DNA of 30,857 nt from an uncultured bacterium (GCA_965369865.1 CBDURU010000030.1:1-30857), one strand, 5' to 3'; numbered from the stretch's first letter, positions 1-9,890 are shown. Translations and numbers: made by a program. The notes: generated from the letters alone by a model not told the origin.

Positions 1-607
1 AATAAATATAAGGGTTGAAAGTGCCGCCGCAGTCTTCGGTATCGAAAGCGATTGTCCCGGTAGTGTATCCACCAAGTCCGGGGTTGATGAATTCTGTCTT
101 GTTAAACCATCGAGAGTAACCGTCCGCGTTCATCATCACCTGGTCTGTTCCATAAAGGCCATATGTCAGGTCCGGGTTGACTGCGAGTGTGCCCGACCCG
201 TTGAGAACTATTACTCCTCTCATGTCAAACACATCGAAGTCGGGTGGTATCGGAGCGGGATGTTTGACAGTCCAGTCCAGCCCGATATCGAACGATGTCA
301 CATTGTTCACGATGTCAAAATTCCCAAAGCTGATGTTTGCCGGGTTTTTGTTGAGTAACATTACAATGTTAAGCAGGAATTCAGCGTTACGATTGGGAAC
401 AACCTCGATGATCCCGGCTTCGGGATCGATATAAACATCGAAATATCCCAAAAGGGTGGGATGAACTGAGTTGCCGTCTTGTGTTGCACCTGCCGCTATT
501 GGAATATTTGTGCCTGGTGCGGCAGGATTGCTGTCACTGCCAGAACAACCCGGCATAAGCAGGGCCATTACCGCAAGCGCAGTGAGAAGCGTGTTAATCC
601 ATTTCAT
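1..607 (-). CDS. Lipoprotein, partial (runs off the window start); paralogue of the N-terminal domain of the 3431-5086 lipoprotein
   Basis: Not in the ORF track. Manual translation from ATG at 607 is open to the window edge: MKWINTLLTALAVMALLMPGCSGSDSNPAAPG...LGYFDVYIDPEAGIIEVVPNRNAEF...FDMRGVI...MNADGYSRWF...FNPYIY. GGAGG RBS at 617-621; hydrophobic signal followed by a lipobox-like MPG-C. Confidence 0.85.
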   Translation of the reverse strand, partial: MKWINTLLTALAVMALLMPGCSGSDSNPAAPGTNIPIAAGATQDGNSVHPTLLGYFDVYIDPEAGIIEVVPNRNAEFLLNIVMLLNKNPANISFGNFDIVNNVTSFDIGLDWTVKHPAPIPPDFDVFDMRGVIVLNGSGTLAVNPDLTYGLYGTDQVMMNADGYSRWFNKTEFINPGLGGYTTGTIAFDTEDCGGTFNPYIY

Positions 608-923
608 TATTTTTGACCTCCGTAAGGATTTCATTTATTCTAAGATTGTGGGACTATTCCGTTTAAAATGTGGCCACTTACCTTATATTTATACTTATAG
701 GAATAACAAAATACAAGTGATTCTGCCTTCACTCCTATAAAAAATATACCGTAGAGAGTAGTGAAGTCAAGTGTTAACTTGATAATTTATTGATATTAGT
801 GCGAATTGTATCCAAATATCAGCCGCAAAGGCAATATGCACGGCATTATTAAGGACTATCTATGTTTGGATAATTATCACGCGATCCGGTTGATTATGGT
901 TGCACAGGCATTTTATATCCCCA

Positions 924-3329
924 TCAGGTGCCTTTCTTCAAAGTTACAATCGTCACCCCTGCACCCCCCTGCTCAGCTTCTGCCAGTTCATACGAACGCA
1001 CCCTGGAGTTTCCCTTCAGATACTTATGGATACCTTTCCGCAATCTCCCGGTGCCGAATCCATGAATAATATGGGCGCGTTCCCTTGACTGGTAATACGC
1101 TTCATCGAGGTAGGGGTCCAGCCGTTCGATCGCTTCATCGACCGTGAGGCCATGAACATCGATAAACAACGACAGGCTTTTAAATACCGGGGTCTTCGGC
1201 GTTTTAATTGAAACCCGGGTACTTTCCTCGTCCTTCAACGGTCTCAACTGGTCGAGAGGAACTTTCAATCGTTTACCACCAATTACAACTGTGGCGCGGT
1301 TTTTTGATAGCTCAACCAGTTCAGCTTCACGCCTGAGGGACATAATCCATACAGGTTTCCCTTCTTCAAGTTTCTCAACATCTGATTCTGTTCCCCGAGC
1401 CTCACCGGAGGTCCCCCCGGTAATCGGGGCTGACAGGAGATCGGCGGTCCTTCGAAGCTTTTCGCCGTATGAACGGATGATTTTCAGATCATCCTTGATC
1501 GCATCCTGATCGAGTTTGTGCGGGAGGTTCGCAGCGATCTTTCCCGCTTCTTCAAGTTTACTTTCAGCTTCACGAGTAACCTTCCCGGCATTTTCAAGTG
1601 TCGCGAGCATAATAAGCCGCTCGAGCGCGATCATCGACCGGAGGTCCCGGACAGCCCTGTCTTTCGCTACGTTCGCCCTGGTTACATCCTCCTCCAGATT
1701 TTCAACCTGCTGCTTCAGGCCTGGTATATCGACTGAGAGCAGGTCGTCACCCTTAACCGCAAGAAGTTCCCCGGCGCGAGACAAAACATCCTCATCAAGC
1801 CCCAGCCTTCTCGCGATCGCGATCGCGTAGCTTGCACCGAGTGACCCGATCCTGATCGTGTATTTTGGCATCGCGTTCTTAAGATCAAATTCCACGCTCG
1901 CCCCCGCGACCCTTTCATCCCTGGACAGGACCAGGTTTTTAATTGCAGGAAGGTGTGTTGTAACTGCCGTAAAGCAATCGGTTTCGAGAAGCTTCTCGAT
2001 TACGGACAGGCTTAAAGCACTCCCTTCCTGGGGATCGGTGGAACGGCCTATTTCATCGAGGAGAACCAGTCCCGGCAGGTGGCCATCCGTCGCCAGGCTT
2101 GTAAACATCCTCTTTATAAGTTCAATATGAGCTGAGAAACTGGACAGGTTCCATTCGATTGACTGCTGGTCCCCGATATCGGCGTGTATACTTCCAAAAA
2201 CCGGGAGTTCGCTGTCATCCCGGCAGGGCGCGTGAAGGCCGGATTGATTTATCAGCGAGAACAGCCCGATTGTTTTCAGTGCCACGGTTTTCCCGCCGGC
2301 ATTTGGACCCGAAATAATCAGCGTTCGCGATTTTCCAGGGAAATGAATGTCTACCGGCACGACCTCTTCATAAGGGATCATCGGGTGCCGGGCTTTTTTT
2401 ATTACTATGGAACTTGAATTTTTTACCCTTGTGCCTTTCCATTCACGCGATAATCGTCCGCATGCAAATACATAGTCGAGAAACGCCACGGTATCAATCG
2501 TGCTTCGAAGTTCATCCGCATGCGTTCCAACCAGCGCGGACAGTTCCGCGAGTATCCTTGCTACCTCTGTTTCTTCCTCTCCCTTAAGTTCGCTCAGACG
2601 GTTGTTACGTTCGACAAGCTCGTATGGTTCCAGGAAAACTGTCGCGCCCGCCGACGAGCGCGCCTGTACGATTGCCTTGACATTCTTCTGGCAATCCTGC
2701 CTGAATGGAAGCACGTACCTGCCATTTTTTATGGTGTAATTCGCTTCCCTTAAATATCCTTTGCCCGTAAATTTCGAGATCATACTTGAAAGGACACGTT
2801 CAGCGCGTTCACGTTCGCGGCCAAGGTCGCGACGGATTCGCTGCAATTCGGATGACGCGCGATCAAGAATGTTACCATCGGGATGAATTGCGTGATCGAG
2901 AGCGTCCTCGATCTCCGGGAACAACCCAAGTCGCTGGGCTTCTCTTGTTAGCTGTTTATATTCCCACTGCGCCTCCCTGATTACATGCCGTACCGACCTG
3001 GTGGATTTTATCGTCGCGTTGATCCTCCAGAGTTCCGAAGCGCTTAAGATTCCACCCTTGCCCGCTCTCGCAACCTGCATTCGAATATCATTCAGCCCCT
3101 GAAAACTTGGCAGGGCGCTCTCGTGATCGAAAAATCTCCTGGCATCATCGGTGTAGTCAAGTTGAATCTCGATTTCACTTCTATCCGTACCGGGAAGGAT
3201 TTTTTCAGCAAGCTCGAAACCGAGAGGAGATTGTGTCGACCCGGCAAGTTTTTCAACCACGATATCGTATTCGAGCGTATCAAGCGAGAATCGGCGGGCT
3301 ATGTCCATTTCATCAGGCACAGGTTTCAT
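924..3329 (-). CDS. mutS2: Endonuclease MutS2 (MutS-family ATPase with C-terminal Smr domain)
   Basis: Walker A ISGPNAGGKT, motif ADIGDQQSIEWNLSSFSAH, Walker B LLDEIGRSTDPQEG, Smr domain IDVHGLTVDEA...IIHGFGTGRLR. Start is probably ATG 3329 or 3308; the track start at 3362 lies in the upstream terminator tail. Confidence 0.95.
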   Translation of the reverse strand: MKPVPDEMDIARRFSLDTLEYDIVVEKLAGSTQSPLGFELAEKILPGTDRSEIEIQLDYTDDARRFFDHESALPSFQGLNDIRMQVARAGKGGILSASELWRINATIKSTRSVRHVIREAQWEYKQLTREAQRLGLFPEIEDALDHAIHPDGNILDRASSELQRIRRDLGRERERAERVLSSMISKFTGKGYLREANYTIKNGRYVLPFRQDCQKNVKAIVQARSSAGATVFLEPYELVERNNRLSELKGEEETEVARILAELSALVGTHADELRSTIDTVAFLDYVFACGRLSREWKGTRVKNSSSIVIKKARHPMIPYEEVVPVDIHFPGKSRTLIISGPNAGGKTVALKTIGLFSLINQSGLHAPCRDDSELPVFGSIHADIGDQQSIEWNLSSFSAHIELIKRMFTSLATDGHLPGLVLLDEIGRSTDPQEGSALSLSVIEKLLETDCFTAVTTHLPAIKNLVLSRDERVAGASVEFDLKNAMPKYTIRIGSLGASYAIAIARRLGLDEDVLSRAGELLAVKGDDLLSVDIPGLKQQVENLEEDVTRANVAKDRAVRDLRSMIALERLIMLATLENAGKVTREAESKLEEAGKIAANLPHKLDQDAIKDDLKIIRSYGEKLRRTADLLSAPITGGTSGEARGTESDVEKLEEGKPVWIMSLRREAELVELSKNRATVVIGGKRLKVPLDQLRPLKDEESTRVSIKTPKTPVFKSLSLFIDVHGLTVDEAIERLDPYLDEAYYQSRERAHIIHGFGTGRLRKGIHKYLKGNSRVRSYELAEAEQGGAGVTIVTLKKGT

Positions 3330-3360
3330 AATCAGCACATAAACCGGACAGTATTCTATC

Positions 3361-3392
3361 AAAAAAGGGACGCCCTTTCAGGCGTCCCTTTT
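3361..3392 (-). terminator. Rho-independent terminator downstream of the 3431-5086 gene
   Basis: Stem GGGACGCC (3367-3374) / GGCGTCCC (3381-3388) with a 6-nt loop; AAAAAA at 3361-3366 gives a U6 tract on the minus strand. Confidence 0.85.
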
Positions 3393-3430
3393 GATCTGCA
3401 TTTTGATATTTCCTGTTTCGGTACAACTAC

Positions 3431-5086
3431 TTACAGGAGCTGGTCGATAACGGCCTCCAGCGGGCCGGTGTTTGACATGCCTCCGTACGTAGCAAATCTG
3501 CAATTGCCGTCCCTGTCGAAAATGTAGTGCTGTGGAACGTAGTTGGCATAGTTGATGTACGTCTTGATTTTCCCGATATATGACCCATTCAGATCGATGC
3601 ACCAGTACGAGCATTCGTAACCATGTTGGTTTACGAACTGTGTAACGGTACTGGCCGATTCCTGGGAGTCGAGCTGGATATGAACATAGTCTGGATTATT
3701 CTTATATCCCTGGTACATATCATCAAGATGCGGAAGCTCGGCAGTACAAGGCGGACACCAGGTAGCCCAGACATTGATGTAAAGACACATACCCATGAAA
3801 TCTTCACCCATATGCAAGGTCGCATTGGGAATTACCGATGTAACTGTGCCGGCAGGGATCGGGCCCTTAATGGCGGCATAAGTCGTGCTCCACAGGTCGA
3901 TCGTACCGGTTGCTTCTCCGCCTTTATCGTCAATGACTTTAACAGTGATCGTTTGCTTACCGGTATTGCCCGTGGATGGTTTCCAGTTTACGTAGTTATC
4001 GTTCTGGCCCGAGAATGATCCGGATGTCGCTGAATATTCATAACCAATAGGATCCCCATTCGGGTCAACGGCATTGACGGTAATCTTAATATTGTCAGTG
4101 CCGCCACCCTTTGCGGTAGTTTTATCCGATGTGATGCTCATGATTACCGGGTCATCGTTCGGACCGGCCGTCGTCTGCTGTACGTATACAGGAATTTGTC
4201 CCCATCCCATATTGCCGACCATGTCGAACGCGTACACATTCACCATGTATACACCAAGTCCCGAGTAAGTTGAGAAGATATCCGATCCGAATTTTCCATC
4301 CCCGGGGACGCCGTCGTTGTGCGCTCCATCATCGTACATCATCGCCTGCGGGTGCCCACCCAGCGGTTGGAGGTCGGCCATGACTGTCTGTACATTCAGG
4401 TCGCCCTGGTGATCGAAAATTGTCGTGACAATATTTGTGGTTGAGAATCCGTTATTAACTACCGGTTCGGATATCCCATTTTCTATAAGGGGCTCTTCCA
4501 CATTGAGCGGCCATGACGCATCAATTATGAATGACAGCGTTGCAAATCCTTCCCCTGGAGGCAGATAGAACGCGAATGTCTGACCGTGCGATGAGTAACC
4601 TTCGAAAGCGCGGTTTCCGTACGGATTGAACGCCTTATACTGCATTGGTGTTCCCCATACGGTTGTTACGCCATCCGGATTAAGTACAAATTTATTTCCG
4701 CCGGGATTTGAGATTACCAGGCGAAGGTCATATCCGGTTACCGGGAATGGGTTTGTAAGTGCCAGCTCAACCCAGAACTTGAGTGCTGGTTGATCGTAGA
4801 ACACACCCAATATCGTGAAGCAGTTGGGACACCCGGGAGAAGTCAGGAAATTTGTGAGATCAACATGGACATCGGCATTGCGCCCGTAAACAATCTCCGC
4901 TGTACCTTCGTCCAAATTGAAATCAATATCAAACGCTCCCCACGCGTAATGGTTCTCAGGATTACCAGCCTGCTCTTTTGACAAGTCAGGTGTGGTATTT
5001 GGAGCTGTCGCGTTACCGCTTCCTGAACAAGCGAGTGCAAGCATCGCTCCGAGAATAAGAGTAGCTAATATTGTAAACCTATACAT
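3431..5086 (-). CDS. Multidomain lipoprotein: uncharacterised N-terminal domain, DDGxxxD(x)GDG motif, Ig-like domain, C-terminal TlpA/ResA-type thioredoxin
   Basis: ATG 5086 with GGAGG at 5093-5097; lipobox ALA-C; MYDDGAHNDGVPGDGKF; Ig-like NDDPVIMSIT...VNAVDPNGDPIGYEY; redoxin motif INVWATWCPPCTAELPHL and VPQHYIFDRDG. Confidence 0.85.
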   Translation of the reverse strand: MYRFTILATLILGAMLALACSGSGNATAPNTTPDLSKEQAGNPENHYAWGAFDIDFNLDEGTAEIVYGRNADVHVDLTNFLTSPGCPNCFTILGVFYDQPALKFWVELALTNPFPVTGYDLRLVISNPGGNKFVLNPDGVTTVWGTPMQYKAFNPYGNRAFEGYSSHGQTFAFYLPPGEGFATLSFIIDASWPLNVEEPLIENGISEPVVNNGFSTTNIVTTIFDHQGDLNVQTVMADLQPLGGHPQAMMYDDGAHNDGVPGDGKFGSDIFSTYSGLGVYMVNVYAFDMVGNMGWGQIPVYVQQTTAGPNDDPVIMSITSDKTTAKGGGTDNIKITVNAVDPNGDPIGYEYSATSGSFSGQNDNYVNWKPSTGNTGKQTITVKVIDDKGGEATGTIDLWSTTYAAIKGPIPAGTVTSVIPNATLHMGEDFMGMCLYINVWATWCPPCTAELPHLDDMYQGYKNNPDYVHIQLDSQESASTVTQFVNQHGYECSYWCIDLNGSYIGKIKTYINYANYVPQHYIFDRDGNCRFATYGGMSNTGPLEAVIDQLL

Positions 5087-5331
5087 CTGTTTCCTCCAGG
5101 ATTTGGATTTAAGCTCTTCGGTTGATAAATTTGGCTGACAGTTCACGAACCCTCTAAGAATTCATGATTAAAACCGAAGGCAGTATACACTTAATGATAA
5201 GATATCCAAAGCCAAATGTAAAATGCTTATACAATCTGGCTAATGAAAATTCAACACTTTCACTAACATTAATTGGGTCAGATTACCATAATTCGATGAA
5301 AAAACACGGTTTTTTACAAAATATTACCAGA

Positions 5332-7227
5332 TTATTCATCTGATTCCGACGCTAAATCATTCAATACTTCCAGTATTAACTCTAAGAGTTCTTCAGGATC
5401 GCCCGTCGGTGGGTAGCACATCTCGTCAATACACACATAAGCTGTAGGGTTTTCCTGGATTACGTACCATTTTAACTCAATCAATTCCTTGTCACGTTCG
5501 GGATCCAGAATCTGCGCAACTTTCCTCGGGTCCCATTCTCGGAGCGAAGAATTTAGAAGTTCTCTCGCAACCGGATCATCGATTGGAGCGACAATCCCGA
5601 CATGCGGGCACGGCGAATTAACCATCCTGTATGCATATGCAGGAAGTGTTTTCTTACCAGTTGATTCGAAATTACCTAATGCATGTTCCGCAATCGAGGC
5701 CGCTTCTTCCCTCGCCTCTTCATTTTCAGCCAGCCAGCCAAAATGATAAAGGCCGATCGCCAGGTCGGGATTGAACGTCATGTATCCCAATATTGAATAA
5801 TCCCACGGCCGAACTTCAACAAACAATTCCACAATCGACTCAGCATTCTCGAGCATCTCAATTTCTGCACTGTGCTGGTAGAGAGTGTTGTACAGGTCGA
5901 GCATGGCTACGTGTTCAGCATAATCATTTTCGTCCACCGACTCATTCGATTCATCGAGGGATGCATACAAACGGCCATAACTGGATTCGATAAACGCCCG
6001 AACAGTCAGGCCATCAGAAATTTCAGTTTCCATAACCTGTGTGCTTAAACCTGCCAGCTTTAATAGTGTTGCCAGCATCCTTGCGTTTACCCATCGAATA
6101 TCCCTCGGTCCCATTACCTGGTTACTAAAATCATACCCTCCCATCTCCAGCACATCATAGTCATCGTTTATATACCCCTGGTTCGCGTTGAATGTTCCCC
6201 GAATGTCTATGTATGCTGGAAATCCACCACCCGGATTGCCGCTTTCAAGGAAAATTAAATCACCCAGAGCGGGGATCACTTTATCAAGTCCTTTAACATC
6301 TTCCGGATTTAAAATCGCCGACACCATAACCGCTTCCAGTGTGTGCTGGGGATATATACTCCAGCCGGAGCCTGGAATAAATGTCTCCTCAGGCATCCAC
6401 ACCTGTTCATTACCGATTTCATCAAGGTATTCAAACCATGCGTCCACCCGTTTCGAAACCTCGTCTCTTACTTCTTCATCAAGGGGATTTGCAAATAGAA
6501 CAGCCATTGCGTCCTTTGGAGTTATGCCTTCACCATTTATCAAGCTTTGCGCAAGAGAATCGAAAATTCCTGGAATAATAGTGTCCGGGTCAGGAGTGAA
6601 CCTGTGTTCTGAGACAATCAGCACATCATCGCATGACATTTCTCCGAAAACGCTGATTGCCTCATCCGCTTCCGGATTCTCCAGCGGAAGAAGGCCTTCG
6701 TGCAATGGAAATGAAAGAAGCTCCGATCCACTCCAACTGTCAGCCAGACATAACTCACCGGGTGAATCGGATGAAGCAAGCAGTACAGCTATCATTGGAA
6801 CTTCATTCGATTCAACCATCATCTCAGCCAGCCCCGGATACTCCCACCAATCAATTTCCCATGGCACAAAATTCTCCTGGATTTTACCGCCCCATGTGTC
6901 TGTCGAGAACAAAACGTCCTCGATTGTCGCGGTCACATCCAGATCATACCGGCTCACATAGCAAAGGATTGGCTTTCCCGATTCCTGCGATTCGTCATAA
7001 ATCTCGTTTGGATTCCCGGTTTTTCTCCACTCGATCGGACTCGATACCCTCCACCGCGGCGGCTGTCTAACCGTATCCCACGCGAATTCCTCCTGGGAAA
7101 CTCCGCCGACACCATCCCCCGATTCTGTTGAAGCACAGGCGAATCCTGTAAATATGACTGTTATCAGCGCTAACGCCAGAAGTAATATTTGATGGGCAGT
7201 TATGTTATGGCAATTTTTTTTATGCAT
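5332..7227 (-). CDS. Acidic lipoprotein, divergent YyaL/SPATA20 (DUF255 thioredoxin-like plus six-hairpin) family, CxxC absent
   Basis: ATG 7227 with GGAG at 7234-7237; lipobox GFA-C. IEW...ESGKPILCYVSRY...IQENFVPWEIDWWEYPGL aligns by eye with the YyaL N-domain; WVNARML, DYAEHVAMLDLY..LYQ and C-terminal PTAYVCIDEMCYPP match YyaL motifs. Confidence 0.7.
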   Translation of the reverse strand: MHKKNCHNITAHQILLLALALITVIFTGFACASTESGDGVGGVSQEEFAWDTVRQPPRWRVSSPIEWRKTGNPNEIYDESQESGKPILCYVSRYDLDVTATIEDVLFSTDTWGGKIQENFVPWEIDWWEYPGLAEMMVESNEVPMIAVLLASSDSPGELCLADSWSGSELLSFPLHEGLLPLENPEADEAISVFGEMSCDDVLIVSEHRFTPDPDTIIPGIFDSLAQSLINGEGITPKDAMAVLFANPLDEEVRDEVSKRVDAWFEYLDEIGNEQVWMPEETFIPGSGWSIYPQHTLEAVMVSAILNPEDVKGLDKVIPALGDLIFLESGNPGGGFPAYIDIRGTFNANQGYINDDYDVLEMGGYDFSNQVMGPRDIRWVNARMLATLLKLAGLSTQVMETEISDGLTVRAFIESSYGRLYASLDESNESVDENDYAEHVAMLDLYNTLYQHSAEIEMLENAESIVELFVEVRPWDYSILGYMTFNPDLAIGLYHFGWLAENEEAREEAASIAEHALGNFESTGKKTLPAYAYRMVNSPCPHVGIVAPIDDPVARELLNSSLREWDPRKVAQILDPERDKELIELKWYVIQENPTAYVCIDEMCYPPTGDPEELLELILEVLNDLASESDE

Positions 7228-7417
7228 GGCGGTCTCCAGCTTCCGATTATTACAAACGAAGTTAGTAGTATAAGGGTTCAGGATGGTTTTGAAAATACAT
7301 GATCGGATTCTAATTAAATCCAAACAGGAATTATTAAGGATAAACATATATGTGAACATGACATTATTGATGCAGGACTGTTTTGGGTGGGTTTAAATAC
7401 AGTCAAGGAATATTAGC

Positions 7418-8587
7418 ATGATTCAGCATATTCTGATCTCAATTATTTTTGCCATCGCGTGCCTTGGTTCTTACTTCTACTGGAAATCAAATAGAAGTAC
7501 GAGAAAAAATGAATTAAACCAAAAATCGGTAAAGAATAACTTACCGGAGGTAAAAATTTCCGAGGATGAGTACAGGCGAATCTCATTAACAACATCGCCG
7601 GAGGAATTTCTAAAACAACGGGAACTTAAGCGGGAAAAGTTGAAAATTACCGCACGGGATATTTCCAGGGACGGGTTGAGATCGATGTTCCTGCTTGAGG
7701 ACGAGGGAATTTACCACAACTCGGCTATCATAACGGACCGGGGATGGTCTGATCTTGAGTTTGCTGTGATGGAGCTAAACCGTCTTCCTTCAGATGCTGC
7801 CGGGCTCCTGGACGCGCTTGACAATCCTGACTCCACCAGAGGGGACATTAACACGCTTTGTGAGAGAAGTGTCGGACTGGCTGCAAGGGTGCTCAAGCTA
7901 GTGAATTCCCCTTTTTACGGTGTTAACAGGAATATTGATGACATCCAGCTTGCGGTGGCAGTTCTCGGTTACAATGAAATCCGCCAGATGGTTCTCGTGA
8001 GCAGCTTGTTCGGCACCAGGGATTATACCGATGGACCGATCGTAATTGATGAACTCTGGAAACACTCGCTGGCTACAGCAGGTATTACCACCTGGCTGAA
8101 TGACATAATGAAGATCAAGGGCAGGAAAGGTATTGCCGGTACTGGCGCAATGCTCCACGATGTCGGTAAACTCGTGCTCCAGAAATGGCGGCCCGAGGCT
8201 TTCAGGAGGGCAGTTATCAGGGCCAGGGAAAATAAAACCTCCCTCATGCGGGAGGAACTCAATGAGCTTGGGGTGACTCATGCTCTGGCCGGAACATTTC
8301 TTCTCAATTCCTGGCATCTTCCACTGACTCTGCAGTGGCTTGTTAAAGGCTGCCATTCTCCTGAGATCAACTCCGAACTTCCCGAAACCGCACTGGTCTA
8401 CCTCTCAAACCAGGTCGCCCGCAGAATGGATATGGGTCTCGATGCTGAGGAAGTTACAGAGATCCCGGACGATATTCGAAAACTCCTGGGATTCAAAGCT
8501 GAAACCATCGATGAATTAATCGGCGAAGGTTTCGAGGAGTATGTAACAAGCGCGCTCGATGGTTTGAAGGTGACCGTGTCTGTTTAA
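7418..8587 (+). CDS. Membrane-anchored HDOD domain protein
   Basis: N-terminal TM helix; LAARVLKLVNSPFYG, LWKHSLATA, MLHDVGKLVL, ELGVTHALAG..LLNSWHLP. Confidence 0.9.
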   Translation: MIQHILISIIFAIACLGSYFYWKSNRSTRKNELNQKSVKNNLPEVKISEDEYRRISLTTSPEEFLKQRELKREKLKITARDISRDGLRSMFLLEDEGIYHNSAIITDRGWSDLEFAVMELNRLPSDAAGLLDALDNPDSTRGDINTLCERSVGLAARVLKLVNSPFYGVNRNIDDIQLAVAVLGYNEIRQMVLVSSLFGTRDYTDGPIVIDELWKHSLATAGITTWLNDIMKIKGRKGIAGTGAMLHDVGKLVLQKWRPEAFRRAVIRARENKTSLMREELNELGVTHALAGTFLLNSWHLPLTLQWLVKGCHSPEINSELPETALVYLSNQVARRMDMGLDAEEVTEIPDDIRKLLGFKAETIDELIGEGFEEYVTSALDGLKVTVSV

Positions 8588-8639
8588 TAAACTGCGGATG
8601 GTGAAATTATTGTCTGGTATATCGTAAGGGCTCGATATA

Positions 8640-8676
8640 GGGGACATCTCATTCGTACCCGAATGCAGGTGTCCCC
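8640..8676. repeat. Short GGGGACA...TGTCCCC hairpin related to the 74-bp repeat family
   Basis: GGGGACATCT-CATTCG-TACC-CGAATG-C-AGGTGTCCCC forms a near-perfect stem-loop with the same terminal heptamers as the 74-bp repeat. Confidence 0.7.
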
Positions 8677-8701
8677 CAATCGATTTCAAGAAAAACCCAT
8701 C

Positions 8702-8725
8702 GTAGGGGCGCCGCTTGCTGCGCCC
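8702..8725 (+). repeat. GTAG-type REP-like palindrome
   Basis: GTAG followed by the stem GGGCGC...GCGCCC (GTAGGGGCGCCGCTTGCTGCGCCC); related copies at 12577 and 16118. Confidence 0.7.
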
Positions 8726-8866
8726 TGGTCAATAACAGAAGAATAACCGTTAAACATCCGGCACCTTTTTTACAAATCCCCTTTATGATGTTTGCTTTTA
8801 AGCGTAATCACGTTAGAATGTGTCCCCTGTTCGATGTTCATTAACAGAATGACATGAGGTTAAAGC

Positions 8867-9703
8867 ATGCTTGAACCTGATATTCTGGAATCCATGTATT
8901 CCAGGCTGAAGAGCCGCGATAAAAACGACCTTATGGACGCGGTGAAAACAATCGGTGATTGTGTTAGCGATATGGGCAAAGATGAGAAAATCCTTATCGC
9001 CGATGCCGTCATGAGCATTTTCTACATCGACGATGACGAGGAATCCAAGTACGCGGAACTCCACGACCTGGTCGTTGAAGTTCTTGCCAAAATGGGTTCT
9101 GATATTATCGAGGTGTTGATTGGAGGAATGGTCGGTACCGAGATGCATGCCGAACACCATATCGCCCACACACTCGGCAGGATGGGGCAACCGGCCGTCG
9201 AGGCGTTAATAAAACTGTTTCGTACTGCGGACGATCCCGTTGTAAGGGGGCTTGCCCTTCATGCGCTTTCGCATATTGACGACCCGGCCCTGATCGGGAT
9301 TGTAGATGAAGTCATCGCAATCCTGGACCATGACAGCGCCGAACTCCGGGACGCGGCTACGGGTGCTATTGGATCGATGATTGAATGTATCGGCGGGTTA
9401 TGTCTCTCAACTGAATCGTACGGTCAGGTTTTTGACAAACTGAGCGCGACCTTATCCGATCCACATGGTGGTACGAGATCGAAAGCGGTGAGATCAATTG
9501 GCAAGCTCGCGAAAATGGACATTCTGAACGACGAACAGAAAACACGGGTGCTTCCTGTAATCACCGGAATCCTCGGGATCGACGATCGGCACCAGTGGGA
9601 CAGGGCGTTCATTGTAAGGAAAGAAGCTGAAGAGGCTTATTTCCACCTGACCGGGGAGAAAGTAAGTTCTGTAGGGGCGTTGTCGATTTGCCGGAAAGAA
9701 TAA
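8867..9703 (+). CDS. HEAT-repeat (PBS lyase-like) protein
   Basis: Repeated units such as DDPVVRGLALHALSHI, DSAELRDAATGAIG, DPHGGTRSKAVRSIGKL; GAGG upstream of the ATG. Confidence 0.85.
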   Translation: MLEPDILESMYSRLKSRDKNDLMDAVKTIGDCVSDMGKDEKILIADAVMSIFYIDDDEESKYAELHDLVVEVLAKMGSDIIEVLIGGMVGTEMHAEHHIAHTLGRMGQPAVEALIKLFRTADDPVVRGLALHALSHIDDPALIGIVDEVIAILDHDSAELRDAATGAIGSMIECIGGLCLSTESYGQVFDKLSATLSDPHGGTRSKAVRSIGKLAKMDILNDEQKTRVLPVITGILGIDDRHQWDRAFIVRKEAEEAYFHLTGEKVSSVGALSICRKE

Positions 9704-9791
9704 AAATTCCCATTCATTTGGAAATGACATAATTACTAATAAGGGAATGAGATTTTGAAAGACCAATTCAACTTGAAATTGTATAAATCGA

Positions 9792-9865
9792 GGGGACATG
9801 CCATTTTTCTCCAGTGATAGACCTGACTTTACCATTGCGTATCAAGGGAAAAATGCCGTGTCCCC
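9792..9865 (+). repeat. 74-bp hairpin repeat, copy 1
   Basis: GGGGACATGCCATTTTTC...GAAAAATGCCGTGTCCCC: 18-bp imperfect inverted ends around a conserved core. Confidence 0.95.
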
Positions 9866-9890
9866 GATGTTAAAAAATACTATATATCGT

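Noticed and set aside
6188..6961. Long antisense ORFs (e.g. 6188..6961, 11970..12512, 21202..21726, 22270..22902, 30104..30631)
   Set aside because: These are shadow frames opposite well-supported genes, with no RBS or recognisable motifs.
9788..9874. 74-bp element as an integron attC site
   Set aside because: It ends in a conserved GTT and has bulges, but lacks the complementary RYYYAAC inverse core, does not follow single-gene cassettes, and no integrase is present.
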